A stretch of 64,000 bases of DNA from Eledone cirrhosa (taxonomy: Eukaryota), in contig OZ024746.1 of assembly GCA_964016885.1 (NCBI GenBank), forward strand, positions 68,572,001-68,636,000, read 5' to 3'. Made by a program: the position numbers and the translations under genes. This document shows positions 12,582-27,218 of the stretch, one piece after another. Numbering within the stretch: the first letter of the stretch is position 1; each line of letters begins with the position of its first letter. The notes under the pieces were generated by a model that was given only the letters and a program-made list of their open reading frames with translations, searched no databases and was not told where the DNA came from.

Positions 12582-13085
12582 CACAAATTATTGTTAAATA
12601 GAATATAATGTGGGTCATTGGCTCATTAAGCTAATATTGGCACCTGAAATAAAACTTTAGTGAAAGTAATTGGTTTGTCCCTTCTGCCACACACTAGCTG
12701 ATGAATGAAAACTAACTGAAGTATAAAATTAAGAAAATATTCTGATATATCTAGATGTCTATAATTTAAAAATAACATGAGCAGGTTCCAGGCAGAATGC
12801 CATTTGGCAGTTATGAGGAAAATTTGCCTGAGAGGAACTGATTAACTGATTTTTTCTATACTTTTGGACAGGATTTTCTTCTTATTGATTCAGGACATAG
12901 ATTCTGTGTGTGTGCAATGTTGATATCCATAACAATTTCCCTTAAGTTTCATTTTAGCAAGGCTAACTTAAATATTTTCTATTAGCAATATGACTTAAAT
13001 CAGGCATGGGCAGCATTTTTCTAGCAGTGAGCCTATGAGATAAATCTGGTCATATGCTACTAAAGAAAAATAATTTTATATAATA

Positions 13086-13268
13086 ATTGTTTCTATTTTG
13101 GGCACAAGGCCAGCAATTACGCAGTGCATTACTGGTACTTTATTTTATCAACCCCGTAAGGATGAAAGGCAAAGGTAACCTCGACGGGATTTGATCTCAG
13201 ACCGTAAAGGGACGTAACTATGCTAGAAAGCATGGTGTCCAACACTCTACCAATACTGCCAATCCACT
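13086..13268 (-). mobile_element. SINE family A
   Basis: Near full-length match to the family A consensus. Confidence 0.9.
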
Positions 13269-13271
13269 TAT

Positions 13272-13392
13272 AATAATGAAAATTATTATGTAGTGCTCAG
13301 GTGCACTACAATTCATCGAAGGTGCATGTATAGTACATAAATTAATGTACAAATATCAGGAAAGTGAACAGTGTATTAGTCATGGTATACAT
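13272..13392 (-). mobile_element. CR1/L2-group LINE 3' tail fragment
   Basis: Matches 1402-1525. Confidence 0.8.
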
Positions 13393-14207
13393 AATGTTAA
13401 GAAAACTTATATGTAAATACAGAGTACACCATGTAGTACAATCAAGAGAAAAAAATGAATAAGTGCAAGAGAAAAACAAACAAAACTGCTCAAATTAACA
13501 GTCAGACCAAAAGAGTTTGTTATTAAAATTGTAGTAAAATGTTATCATGGTTTGTGGATGAGGGCATGGCCACATGGTTACATAAGGGATTCATTTCACA
13601 TCATGAGTTCCTCAGTTCGATTCTATTGTGTTTGCAAGCATCTTTTACTATAACCTGAAATCAACCCAAGCCTAGTAAATGAAACTGTGATGAATTATAA
13701 CAACAATTCAAAGGCTCTACTTTGTCTCATATTCACACTGATTCAACTTGAGAATTATCATAATGATAAATGTATCTGTACATAAGTTTAAACAGAACAC
13801 CAGATTGGCAGCTAGGTCTCATCCATTTACAATTGAAATTCTTAAATGTAATCACAAATTCTAGTTAGTTTCTTCCTTCTCATACCTTTCCTATGAAATA
13901 AACTTCCAGTTTCTTGCTTTCGTGACATCTACAATTTGCAAATATTCAAAAGCAACACCAATCATTATCTTCTTTCTCCTTGAATTATATTTTTTCTGTC
14001 TTTTCCTTCTCCCTTCTCAGTAACCTTTTGCACTTTAGCGGCTGCTTGGGGTGAGCAAAAGAAAAATCAATGAATATTCAGGAAATTATGTGTTAATTTA
14101 AGAAGTAAATTAAACAAACAACTGAATGCTCGTCATTGAAACTGATGGAGGATCAATAACTTTTTTTCTCTTTTGTTTATATAATCATAATGATAGCCAT
14201 GCAGAAA

Positions 14208-14554
14208 TCTATATATAAATTTGAGCGACTTCCATCCATCCTTCCGTCACACAATGTGTGTGTGTGTGTGTTTGTTTGAATATATGTGTGTGGAAGAGGA
14301 TGGTAAAAAAACTATAGCAAAACAGCGGATGGTGTTCCATTTGCTATGCCGTGTGTATGATGTATACGTGTATGTGTTTGGGTGAATGTATATGTATTTG
14401 TATGAAAGTATGTCTGTGAGTGTGTATTTTTGTAAGTGTGTTTGTGAATGCGCATTTATATTTATATACTCGTACATATAAATGTATGCTTATGTAGATA
14501 TACACACGTGCACACATATACACATACGCATCAGTATGTTGAAAAATATTCTAG
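14208..14554 (+). mobile_element. Helitron-like non-autonomous element with internal (GT)n/(CA)n
   Basis: A|TCTATATATAAA 5' end and CTAG|T 3' end; second copy at 51998-52314. Confidence 0.55.
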
Positions 14555-14914
14555 TACATAAAAAGCCACATGCTGTACAAATGTCACAGATTGATCACAA
14601 CTGGCTCTAGATTATTCTCTGATCTCCATATCATGAACTTCATTTGAATTCTAAACAGCTTCTTACTTAAAGGATTTTCAACATTGTAAAAAAGTTCCCA
14701 GATGAACATAAAGTCTGGTTAACAGCAGGCAGAAAATACTTTGGAAATATGCCAAAGTCCTTTCTACTCTAACAAGGAATAATAATATCTAATATTGATG
14801 TAAATTTTATATATCATCATCATCATCATCATCATTATTTTACGTCTGTCTTTCTATGGTGAGATGCGTTGGACAGGATGTTAAAGACCAAGTCAGCACT
14901 TATTCCAAGTTACA

Positions 14915-14929
14915 CAGACACATATACAT

Positions 14930-14962
<33 letters not shown>

Positions 14963-15270
14963 CACACAACACACACACACATATTTATATACACACACAT
15001 ATATATATATATACACATATATATATACACACATACATATATATATATACACATATATATATACACACATACATATATATATATATACACATATATATAT
15101 ATATACACATATATATATATATACACATACATATATATATATCTACACATATATATATATACATATACACACACACACACATATATATATATACACACAA
15201 CACACACACACACATATATATATATACACATATATATATACACACATACATATATATATATATACACATC
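14915..15270. repeat. Compound (AT)n/(AC)n microsatellite
   Basis: Directly visible. Confidence 0.95.
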
Positions 15271-15721
15271 ACACACTTACACCTCTCCAAGACAATGTCA
15301 CTGGACCGAGACCTTTGGCGCTACTCAGTAACAGAGAAGACCCGCCTTGCCAGTAGGCATCTCTAACAAAATACACCCCGTCCCGCCACCACCCCCACTC
15401 CATCCACACCACCCCGTTCTATGTAAAGTTATGTTGGTGCCGCGCCATCCAGGCCGAAACAAATGAGATCGTGTAGGTGTCACGACAAAAAAACACACAG
15501 TCCATGCTGTAATGTGGCCGTGTAGGCAACACGGTAAAAACCTCCCAGACCCACACTGTAAATGTGGTTGGTGTTAGGAAGGGCATCCAACTGTAGAAAA
15601 CCTGCCAGACAGTCCTATGCGAGCAAGACAATCACTCTTGCCTCAAGTGGGACTACCCCCATCCAAACCCATGCAAGCGTGGAACACGGACGTTAAACGT
15701 TGATGATGATGATGATGATGA
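15271..15721 (+). mobile_element. RTE LINE 3' fragment with (GAT)n tail
   Basis: [17 protein letters not shown] plus 3' UTR matching the 18181 copy. Confidence 0.9.
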
Positions 15722-16084
15722 TATATACACACATACATATATATATATATACACATTCATATACACATATATATACACACACACACATATACACATATAC
15801 ATATACACACACACATATATACACACACACATATATATACACACACACACATATATATATACACACACACACATATATATACACACACACACATATATAT
15901 ATACACACACACATACACACACACACACACATATATATATACACACACATACATACATATATACACACACATATATATATATATACACACACACATACAT
16001 ATATACACACATATATATATATATACACACACACACATATATATACACACACATATATATATATACACACACACACACATATAT

Positions 16085-16137
<53 letters not shown>

Positions 16138-16142
16138 CACAC

Positions 16143-16173
<31 letters not shown>

Positions 16174-16472
16174 TATACACACACACACACATACACACAC
16201 ACACACATATATATATACACACACAAACATATATATACACGCACACATATATACACACACACACACACATATATACACACACACACATATATATATATAT
16301 ACACACACACATACATATATACACACACACACATATATATATATACACACACACATAGACACACATACACACACATATATATACACACACACATATATAC
16401 ACACACACATATATATACACACACACACACATATATACACACACACATATATATACGCACACACATATATAT

Positions 16473-16503
<31 letters not shown>

Positions 16504-16504
16504 T

Positions 16505-16545
<41 letters not shown>

Positions 16546-16566
16546 CACACACATACGCACACACAT

Positions 16567-16610
<44 letters not shown>
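15722..16610. repeat. ~890-bp compound (AT)n/(AC)n microsatellite
   Basis: Directly visible; source of the ~300-aa spurious ORFs. Confidence 0.97.
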
Positions 16611-16938
16611 GGTTGAAGAGAATGTAAGTGAACACAAAATTTGAGTTATTTACAGCTGATGTCAAGTTCTTCAGATGTTTGATAATCTAATCAAAATATT
16701 GAAAGCATTGAAAACAAATTTAATCAAGGAGTTTCTTTTCTCTTTTCTCAGATAAAGAGAAATATAAATATATGTTACTTTACTGTGGTTTTGTTGGATG
16801 ATAACTCCAAGTAGAAATAACTTTGTTTTCCCTGATCAAATATTTCAATGTAGGTGTATCTGTGTTTGCCTGTGTGCCATGCAAATGTGTGTATGATGTT
16901 CCATGTGTGTGAATCTCTGTGTGTCTATATGTGCCTCT

Positions 16939-16939
<1 letters not shown>

Positions 16940-16998
<59 letters not shown>

Positions 16999-17072
16999 AT
17001 GTGTGTGTGTGTATGTGTACATGTATGTTCCTCTCTCTGTCTATGTGTGTGGGTGTGTGTGTGTGTGTGTGT
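16940..17072. repeat. (GT)n microsatellite
   Basis: Directly visible. Confidence 0.95.
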
Positions 17073-17578
17073 ATCAGAGGGAGAAAGAGACAGAGAGTGA
17101 CAAATTGTATATATTTTCTAATGTTATATTTCCACAATGTAATATTCTCATTGTATTCTTAAGCAAATCAAATTTTCTCAGTTTTCAAATCCCACATTTC
17201 CCTCTCTTGAACAAATAATTCTTTAGCTTAACCAAACTTTTCTACAGACCACCACACTATCTGTATTATTACCAATAGCACTGTGGTTTTTTTAGCAAAC
17301 TAGACTAACAGCCATATCTGATTTTTCTCATTTGAGAGATCAGATATGTTAATGTTTTGTTTTAACAACTGTTGCAAATGAACAACTTCAAGAAAACAGG
17401 AGAAACATATGTAGAGAGTAAATTCCAGAGAAGTGATAATTTGGAAAGAAAATACTGGGTGTAATTGTTAAATAAGCTATAGTTTAGGAGTGCACATCAC
17501 TGAGGGACTTATTTTTTAATATATATGTTTATTTTATCTTTAATTTTTATTCTTTAACACTAAATCATCAAAAATTAT

Positions 17579-18161
17579 ATATTTATTAAAATAACAGATT
17601 AAAGTTTAAGCAAAGAATCGCTGCTTTGACCCTTAACGGGATCTTCTGAAACTAACAAAGTCAATCTGTGAACGCAGAAGTGAATATTTAAAAAAATTGC
17701 GTGCAATTGTTCTCCCCGCTCCACATATGACGTATTATCTTTGTTCCATTCATTGCCAGAGAACGTCTCTATGAACTACCTAATAGAATATTAGTCTACG
17801 ACTTCTTTCATACCATAAACGTGGTTTTGTCTTTGCATGTAATTGTTTTTCACCGCTCCAAATAATGACGTATTATATTCGTTTTTTCCCGTTCTTTGAC
17901 AGGGAACATTTCCACGAACCAAAGTATCGTCTTCCTGTCTTCCTCCGGTTGCAACGCTTTTTGAAATATTCACTTCTGTGTTCACAGATTAACTTTGTTA
18001 GCTTCAGAAGATCCCGTTAAGGGTAAAAGCAGCGATTCTTTGCTTAAACTTTAATCTGTTATTTTAATAAATATTTGCTCTATGGTTCTTATATATTTGA
18101 TATATATTTATCCTTATCGAGCCCTCTTTGGATTTTAGTCTTCAAATTTATTATTATTACT
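17579..18161 (+). mobile_element. Fold-back element FB3 (~120-bp arms 17579-17705/17958-18074, tail to 18161)
   Basis: atttattaaaataacagattaaagtttaagcaaagaatcgctgc... is inverted at 18030-18073; tail ends in (TA)n; weak hammerhead-like cagaaga-tccc-gttaa-gggt-aaaa in the arm. Confidence 0.75.
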
Positions 18162-18180
18162 ATATATATATATATATTAC

Positions 18181-18781
18181 TCGAGAGAAGACTACGTTGG
18201 TATGGTCATGTGATGCGCATGAAAGACGACAGCTGTATAAAAAAGTACAGGGCGATAAAAATAGACGGTAGCCACAGAGTAGGCAGACCCAGAAAAACCT
18301 GGAACGACTTGATAAATTCTGACCTCACACACTTACACCTCTCCAAGACAATGTCACTGGACCGAGATCTTTGGCGCTACACAGTAATACAGAAGACCCG
18401 CAAAGCGAAACCTAGTCAGTAGGCACCTCTAACAAAAATACACCCCCCGTTCCACTACCCCCCACCCCCATCCACACCACCCCTTACAATGTAAAGTTAT
18501 GTTGATACCACAACATCCAGTCCGAAATAAATGAGGTCGTGTAGGTGTCACGACAAAAAACACACAGTCCACACTGTAATGTGGCCGTGTAGGTAACACA
18601 GTAAAAACCTCCCAGTACACACTGTAAACGTGGTTGGTGTTAGGAAGGGCATCCAGCCGTAGAAAACTCGCCAGACAGTTCTATACGAGCAAGACAACCA
18701 ATCTTGCCTCAAGTGGGAAAATTCCCGTCCAAACCCATGCAAGCGTGGAAAATGGACGTTAAACGATGATGATGATGATGA
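18181..18781 (+). mobile_element. RTE LINE 3' fragment
   Basis: RRLRWYGHVMRM...GRPRKTW...DRDLWR then 3' UTR and (GAT)n tail, set in (TA)n. Confidence 0.93.
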
Positions 18782-18806
18782 TATATATATATATATAATT
18801 TATTAT

Positions 18807-18993
18807 GGTGGATTGGCAGTATTGGTAGAGGGTCGGATGCCATGCTTTGATGCATAGAGTTCTGGCCCTTTCCAATCTGAGTTCAAATCCCTCCGAAGTT
18901 AACTTTGCCTTTCATCCTTACGGGGTCTATAAAATAAAGTACCAGTAATGCACTGGGTAATTGCTGGCCTTGTGCCAAAAGTAGAAACAATTA
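18807..18993 (+). mobile_element. SINE family A
   Basis: Consensus match. Confidence 0.9.
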
Positions 18994-19809
18994 TTTATCA
19001 TTAACATTCATGCATAATTATTTCTTTTTAATTTTACACAAATTTTTTAAGAGAAGGGCCTCATATTTCAAATAGCTTAGGGTCTCAGCAGGTGAAAGTC
19101 TGGCTCTGTGTGTGACCTTGAAATTGAACATATTATGGGAGATAAGAAAAGAAGAGCTAAGTGAGCCAAGAAGTAGTGAGTGGAGTTGACACAAGGCTAG
19201 CCAGCTATAGGGAGCAGAGCTCATTGAAGTTTTGGTACAAAAAACGAGATGAGACAGCATGTTGGTGAACCAGGGATTGAAGTGTGTTTTTGAGAGAGAT
19301 TATGCCAATCTTCGGACTTCTAATTGTGTTCTTCTCATGTTTAAGGAGGGATATGATACTATAATGTACACATATCAAGCCTAGAATATGTACAGAAATT
19401 GTATGTTTTTGATGTTGAAGGAGACAAGCTCAACATGACTCCATAAGGGGAGTTTTTAAGATCTCTGTTCATGGAGTTAATGCAGATTTTATGTGATGTC
19501 TAGGAATACTTAAGCTTGGTTCAGGTAGTGGAGTGCTAAGCCAGCAACATATTAAGTTTACTACACAAGAACAGGCAATGTCCATTTTACAGACTTCCTC
19601 AACAAACTATTTCTTCTTTTCTACATCTTTCAAACAATAAAAAAAAGACATATATATATATATATACATATATACAGAGAGAGAGAGATACACAGACACA
19701 GAAGGTTTGATGACCAGAGATATACAGTGAAACAACAATTATCTTCCCCTTTCATATGTACATGTGTATCTATATATCTATGTGTACATGTGTGTGTGTT
19801 TTTTTTATT

Positions 19810-19990
19810 AAGTACTAGATCAACCCTGATCAGTAGGCCTATGATCAAAAGCATTCTGATTGGGTTTATCCTGTTTTATTTAAGAGTATATCTAGGACAA
19901 CATTATCTATTTTAAATAGTTGGCTGCATGATGAGAAGAATTATCTGCTATTTCAAGTCGGTCTTGAGAACACATAAAAGCTCCCCAATA
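19810..19990 (+). mobile_element. Old interspersed repeat (copies also near 8430, 22130, 22360, 23880, 34045, 43280, 53440, 59280, 59640)
   Basis: Recurring ccctgat.agcagacctatgatcaaag.cattcc...gatttggctgctatttctagcagg...ccac.tagaggctccc pattern. Confidence 0.55.
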
Positions 19991-20417
19991 GCTCCTGATT
20001 ATGTCGTCAAATTATGTTTGTAAATTTGTGTGTAAGAGAAGACATTAAGGGTGTGTGTAGTGATTAAACATCTTGGGAGACAAAGAGGAAAACATTGTTA
20101 AAGGAATCTATATATTGCTCATCTGTTTACTTGGAGAAGTAGAAGCATGCCATTTGTAAAACTTGTCACGACAATAGGAGAGAAAACCAATTAAAATGAA
20201 ATTGCTCTTCTTTGAAGAAAACATTTTTCTGTTAACAATTTTCTAGCATCCATATTTTCAAAGGAATTGGAAATATTTATTGTAAAAAAATATTTAGATA
20301 TTAGTACTGCTTTTTAAGTTGACAGCTGCTAGCAACTCTTGGTATGACTGAAACATATCAAATATGGTTCTTGTTGACTATTAATAAACCTTTTCATGTC
20401 TACAGATGTTGACAGTT

Positions 20418-20597
20418 TAGAGTACTATAGTAGAACATTACCATATAGAATAGAGTACTATAGTAGAACATTACTATATAGAATAGAGTACTATAGTAGA
20501 ACATTACTATATAGATTAGAGTACTATAGTACTATAGTAGAACATTACTATATAGATTAGAGTACTATAGTACTACAGTAGAACATTACTATATAGA
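20418..20597. repeat. ~33-41 bp tandem repeat x5 containing palindrome tactatagta
   Basis: Unit agagtactatagtagaacattactatatagaat. Confidence 0.9.
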
Positions 20598-21039
20598 TAG
20601 AACTATTTTGTCTATAAACTCTTCAATCAAGAGTTTAGCCTTTATAGCTACAACTTGTCGCAGCACTTAGGATGGACTTTGTATGTGTGTGTGAGTGAGC
20701 ATGTGAGAGTGTGTGAGAGTGAGTATGTGAGGGAAAGACTGTGTGGGTGTGTGTGTGAGTATGTGAGGGTGAGTGTGTGTGTGTGTGGGAGTAAATGAGT
20801 GTATATGTGAATCATAAAGCTGTTGGTGAAAACAGAAGTAGCTGCTATCAAATTCAAAGTATTCAATACAAAACATATAAAGAGTGAAACAATTATTTAT
20901 TTCAAAATGATTGACATTCATGCTTTGATGAAGGTAATTCATTAATATTTTGTAAAATGTCAAGTCATAAGGAAACAAAGATGAAAGTTTGGTAGAATTC
21001 CATTAAAATGGTCACCAAACAAAAAAGAAAGAAAATAAT

Positions 21040-21440
21040 AATTGTTTCTACTTTTGGCCAGCAATTTGAAGAGAAATGATTGATTACATCAATCCCAGTG
21101 TGTTACTGGTACTTTATTTTATTGATTTTGTAAGAAAGAAAGACAAAGTTAACCTTGGTGGGATTTGAACTCAGAACATAGAAAGTCATAACTAAATACC
21201 ACAAAGAATTTTGTCTGATGCTCTACCGAGAATGCCAGACCACAACCATAAAATAATAATAATAATTGTTTCTACTTTAAGCACAAGGTCAGCAATTATT
21301 TTAAGATTAAATCGACCCCAGTGCATTACTGGTGCTTTATTTTATCGACCTCAGAAGGATGAAAGGCAAAGTTAATCTTGGCGGGATTTTATCTCAGACT
21401 GGCGTCCGACTCTCTACCAATACTGCCAATCCTCCGCCCT
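21040..21440 (-). mobile_element. Two diverged SINE A-related copies
   Basis: Central domain and ggatttgaactcag; second copy internally deleted. Confidence 0.75.
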
Positions 21441-23643
21441 CATAATAATAATAATAATAAACAAAACAAAGAAACATAGCAATGCACACAATCTGGAGAA
21501 AGCAATATATGGATTTCAAACCATTAACCCTTTCATTACCAAACTGCCTGAAACTACTTCTGGTTCTATGAAACAAAACTTCCATTTTAAAGGATTCATA
21601 TTTAAATTAAATTTAAAGCAACGAATTGGCAGAGTCAGATAGAATGTCAGATAGAATGCTTTGCATTATTCATTCTGGTTCTACACTCTTTAAGTTCAAA
21701 TCCCACCGAGGTCAAATTTGCCTTTCATCTTTTCAGGTTGATAAAAAAAAAGTACCAGTCTACTACTGGGGGTCAATTCTGCCTCTATATCTCTTTTTCG
21801 CTTCCATTCTCTCACTTTCTATCCTTCTCTGGACCCCTACAACTCCATCAGGAGCTACGGGACAATCCCATACCATTTAAATTAAAATTTAAAATTTGAG
21901 AGAATAAATTTAAATTTTCAAACATATATAAGAACGATATGTTAATTTACTACGTTACTAATAAAATAATGAATTTATTGATAGTTTTAGTAAATTCCTT
22001 TAGATTTTTCATTAATTAATTGAAATAAAGTATGTTTCATTAAAAATATTGTAATGAAAAGGTTAATAATAGTGAAAGAGAAAAACTAATGGTCGACAAA
22101 CCAAGAACAATAAACAGTTTATGAGTTGATGTACTAAAAATAGCAGTTAAATGTCCCTCAAATCACAAATTATTATTTTAATTAAGGAAGTACTTCTGAC
22201 AAATTTGTCCCTGATACAGAAAAATACATGATTGCCAATGCTGGAAGGCGTTTGATCATAGGTCTGCTCAATTCAGGATGATCTGACACTAATCAATGAC
22301 TATATATCTATATATTTATATGTTAGATATGTGTGTATATGTTTGTGTGTGCTGTTGTTATTGTCTATTAGCCCTAAAACAACTTTGACTAAGCAGACAA
22401 ATAAACAAAGACATTCTAGTTATAACCATCCATTCCATCCTGTTTTGGACATTGTGTATCTAGGACAATATTATACGACATATCCCTTACTTTTCAAGAT
22501 ATTAGTGTTTAATTTGAAAGAAATTTGGCTGCTATTTCTAACAGGTCAGAAGACTATATAGAGGCTCTCTCGTTAGCTCATGTCATTCCGTATTCCTGAC
22601 CAACTTAGATAAATAACATATTAAGAAAACAAATAAAGAGAAAAGAGGATTGGCCAAAGGATTATGTTCTAAGAGTTTACAGTTGTGCATTGTTCATGGT
22701 GTATTGAATAATTGATGTCAATATTTTGGCAGAAGCCCCAAAACTACTAAAGAACTAATATATAAACATAAATATACACTGCAGTGAATAAATATAGTAT
22801 TACATACAAATGAATACACAAATATCATCATCACTACCACTACCACAACCACCACCACTACCACCATCATCATCATTGTTTTAATGTCTGCTTTTCCTGC
22901 TAACAAGGGTTAGATGGGTCTATATAGAGTAAGTCAGTACTGAAGCAGGGCTACTGACTGTATTTATACAGATATAACTTTGTCATATATAAGCTCTGAG
23001 ATGTATTGTTTATGAAGACATAAACAAGCATCACTGCTTGCTTTAAATGATATCAACATGATGATGCACTGAGATAGATATTCATACACTCACACAGATA
23101 CACATAAATATATAATGGACTTCCTTCCTCACAGTTTTGATCAGCTAAATTCACTCACAAAATATTGGTTGGCCTGAGAGTATAGTAGAAGACACCTGCT
23201 CGAAGTAACTTGCAGTGTGATCAAACCCATATCACATGACTGTAAAAGAAATTTCTTAACCACAAGACCATGCCTGCATCTAGATGTAACCTCACCTTCA
23301 TTTCCAATATGAATAGAAATCATCACATATTTTGTATGCTGTATGATTATATAATTTTCCTCATACACCAAATTACCAAATCTAAATCACTCTAATTAAA
23401 TGAGCTTTAATAGAAAGAGAGAAAAATTAGAATGTTGCAGGTTACTCCAGATTAGACATATGTGTGTCACTAATCTTGGCATATTTATCTGAGTTGCTAG
23501 GCAACAAAGAAATTATATATTTATTCTGAATATTGAAATAATCTATGTTTCTAAATATATCAATGCTGAGGAAACTCAACAAAGTTGATATGATTATTTC
23601 AGATATAAAACCAACATGTAGTTTAGAACTAGGTTTATCTTAA

Positions 23644-23863
23644 CCCTTTAGCATTTAAACCGGCCATATCTGGCCAGAATTCTCTCACCTCTTTCTGTTC
23701 AAACTGGCTGTAACTGACCACTCATACTGGTGTTAAGGTACTGTTCTCAAAATAAATAATATCAAAATCTCATAGATTCGATATTATATGAGATATTATG
23801 TGAGGTAAAGATTTTACCATGAAAATACAATAGTATATATAGAGTAATGTAAATGCTAAAGGG
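23644..23863 (+). mobile_element. piggyBac-type MITE family 1
   Basis: TTAA|CCCTTTAGCATTTA...TAAATGCTAAAGGG|TTAA: 14-bp TIR and TTAA TSD. Confidence 0.9.
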
Positions 23864-24207
23864 TTAATGAAGCAAACCTATATCAGAAAAGGTGCTTCAT
23901 CTAGGACCATTCCATCTTTTATTTAGTTATAGCTTAGAGTAATCAAGGAGTACAATAATCAATGTGTTCTTCCCATTTGAAGATGGGAGGGTGTTTGATT
24001 CGAAGAAGATTTAGTTGCTATTTCTAGTAAGTTGAGCAATTCTATAGAGGCTCCCTCTTTTGCTGAGGATACAACCTAACAATTATTTAACAACAATGAT
24101 AGAAATACTTTCATACATAAAATTCATAAGCTCTGGAATGTATTACATTCTTCATAAAAGATGATACACACACACACAGAAACACACACACACACACACA
24201 TATATAT

Positions 24208-24255
<48 letters not shown>

Positions 24256-24259
<4 letters not shown>

Positions 24260-24965
24260 AGCAGTGTGCAGGAGAGGAGATTCTATTGGTATGAACATGT
24301 TATGCATATGAAAGATGACAGCTGTTTAAAAAGGTGCAAGCCACTCAAAGTTGATGGAAGCTATAGTGTAGGAAAACTTGGGAGGAGGTAATAAAAGCTG
24401 ACCTTGCACAATTGCACCTCTCAAACGTGATGACACAGGATTGAGATTTCTGGCATTATGCAGTAATACATATAGGGCGGTGAATTGGCAGTATCGGTAG
24501 AGGGTTGGACGCCATGTTTTCTACCATAGTTACGTCCCTTTTCGGTCTGAGTTCAAATCCCGCCGAGGTTAACTTTGCCTTTCATCCTTAAGGGGTCGAT
24601 AAAATAAAGTACCAGTAATGTACTGGGTAATTGCTGGCCTTGTGCCTAAAGTAGAAACAATTATGCAGTAATACAGAAGACCCACTACTTGGGTTGAAGC
24701 ATACATCTTGTATGCACCACTTTCCCTTACCTTCCCCTCTCCCATCCTAAGACTCCACCCACGTCCTAACACCCCAACCATCATTCAGATCCCTACCCCA
24801 AATCTGATCTACCTCTCCAATAACCATGCACCTGTCCCACTCCATCCCCAGTCCATACAGTAAAGTAGTTCTGTTGGTGACACAACAAAACGTGCCATCC
24901 ACACTGTAAAGTGGTCACATAGATGTCACAACAAAAAGCACCTACAAAAAGACCACCTTTAAAGG
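24256..24965 (+). mobile_element. Diverged RTE LINE 3' fragment interrupted by SINE A
   Basis: RRFYWYEHVMHMKDDSC...; SINE A inserted at 24475-24663. Confidence 0.8.
24475..24663 (+). mobile_element. SINE family A with target-site duplication
   Basis: ttatgcagtaataca on both sides. Confidence 0.92.
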
Positions 24966-25233
24966 TGCAATGCCTCCCTATCATGAACTCTCAAGATGAA
25001 GAAGGCATGTTCTAGCATAGCATGACCAAGACCCAATGTATTTATTTACAAGGGGTAGCTGACTCTGATAAGCTGACTATGAAGGAACGATGCTAGAGCT
25101 GTGAAACCTTGCATGCATTAATTTCAACTCTTATTAATAACAGCATTGTTTTGTTGTTGTTTTTTTCTAGGGACTACATTGAAAAATAAACCTCATTTGG
25201 TCATTCCATGAGAGTATCTTAGTTAAATAATAA

Positions 25234-25481
25234 TAATTGTTTCTACTTTTGGCACAGGGCTAGCAAAAAATACTTTATTTTATCAACCCCGTAAGGATGA
25301 AAGGCAAAGTTAACTTCAGCGGGATTTGAACTCATGCCATTAAGTAATAATAATAATGAAATTATTGTGTACAGTGCTCAGGTGCACTACAACTCATCAA
25401 AGGTGCATGTAAAGTACATAGAATAATATCCAAATGTCAGGAAAGTGAACAGTGTATGAGTCATGACATACATGTGTGCGT
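25234..25481 (-). mobile_element. Partial SINE A abutting CR1/L2 3' tail
   Basis: 25234-25335 matches SINE A; 25345-25481 matches 1395-1533. Confidence 0.8.
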
Positions 25482-26507
25482 ATAAACTATTCAGCCAACC
25501 CTCATATATATTATAATTGTGTGTATTTATGTGTCTATTTGTTTGACATTGTTGATAGTTACGTTTGTTTCTTCCATATAAACAGAAATGCCTCCATTCT
25601 GTAGTTAGATCTGTAAAAGTCCATACCTTGCTTAACAAACAACTGGAAGTTGACAGCAGGAGAGGCAACTAGCCATTGATTTCTGCTTCAACAATCACAT
25701 CCAACATATTCCAGCATAGAAAAGAGACATAAAAAGATTGATGATGATGATGATGATGATGATGATACACACACACACACACACACAATACATGCACGCA
25801 AAGAAAATACACACACAATGCACACAAACACAAGGCTCACACACACACACACATACACACTGTACACATATACGCACACATACCGACAATAGACACACAT
25901 AGATAATATAGACACAATGCACATACACACACACCGCATACACAATGCACACATACACACACAATAAACACATACACAAGCACACACACTACACCTAGAG
26001 TGACACACACACACAATCCACACATGTACAATCCACACACACAATCCACACATGTACAATACACACACACAATCCACACATGTACAATCCACACCCACAA
26101 TACACACAAGTTATATTGTTAAGAATGAGATATGGAGACCTTCTTTACAATTCTTATCTTTTTCTAATCCAATTCTGTTTTTATTTGCCATACAGTTATT
26201 ATATATAACTAACATCAAACAGATATTGCAGCTGTAAGCCACAATATTTACACAACAAACAATATATATCATTTGTGCTTTTCATACATTTTAGCAATAT
26301 CTACATCTTACTTATATTTTAACTCTATGTAATGGCATTTATCTTTTCTCTCTCTCTCTCTCTCTTCTTTTATGTTTCTCCTATTTTCACATCCCATTTC
26401 TCTTCACTCTTCTTTTTCAAAATTCCTAATACACACACATACATCCGATTATACAAACATACTTACATATATACATACATAAAAACATACATACATACAT
26501 ACATACA

Positions 26508-26813
26508 TGATGATGGCTGCCCCTCGTTATCGAGTATGGCCATTGCACGATATACCATCATAAATAATTATTAATTCATTCTATCGTGCAATGCCTGTGC
26601 GTGGAGATATTTTTTAAAGTGAGGAATGCACTGAGCCAATCCCACTCTCTGAGCGACAGTAGCTATAACCCGAAAAGAAGAAAAGATCAACATCATCGGT
26701 AACTACTGAGCTGCAGGTTTTATATCAGAGTTATCCCAGTTTCCTGAGTTGCCTTCTCCTAGAAGAATGCCCTGACAAAGGCTAGGGGGTCCTTCACTCC
26801 CAGTGGTTTAACC
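26508..26813 (-). mobile_element. Non-autonomous RTE-related element D (5'-truncated copy)
   Basis: Reverse complement of 31652-31948; RTE 5'UTR-like ctagcctttgtcagggc...ggagaaggcaactc...aaacc and a short cat-repeat tail, set in (CATA)n. Confidence 0.7.
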
Positions 26814-26825
26814 TACATACATACA

Positions 26826-26860
<35 letters not shown>

Positions 26861-27218
26861 GTGTGTGTGTGTGTGTGTGTGTATTTGTGTGCATATATAT
26901 ATATATATTCTTGAAGAAACAGGGAGCTGTGTGATTACTTGATAAAGTGTATTTAAAAATAAGAGGAAAGCACAAACGGGGGACATTCCCATCATCAGTT
27001 ATCTGCTGGAGATGACAGACATTTCAAGGCATTAAAGACAATATGTCTAGCTCCAGTGCATCAATAACTATTGGAAGTTATAGGGCGGGGAAAGGAGAGA
27101 AAGAAAAATATATAGCAGAAGGGAAAAAAAAGAAGAAAAAAAATGCAGAGAACATACCGAAAAAGAGGGAAACATGAAAAGCATGTGCATGTATATAAGT
27201 AACCATATATATATATAT

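Noticed and set aside
14856-17218. Long 100-314 aa ORFs rich in C/V/Y/I or H/T
   Set aside because: Translations of (AT)/(AC)/(GT) microsatellites that lack stop codons; the same applies at 25688-26109, 56556-56817 and 61249-61592
19060-19600. GC-richer unique-looking segment
   Set aside because: Multiple stops; only a PWF..L-like hint of an ancient LINE, not enough to call
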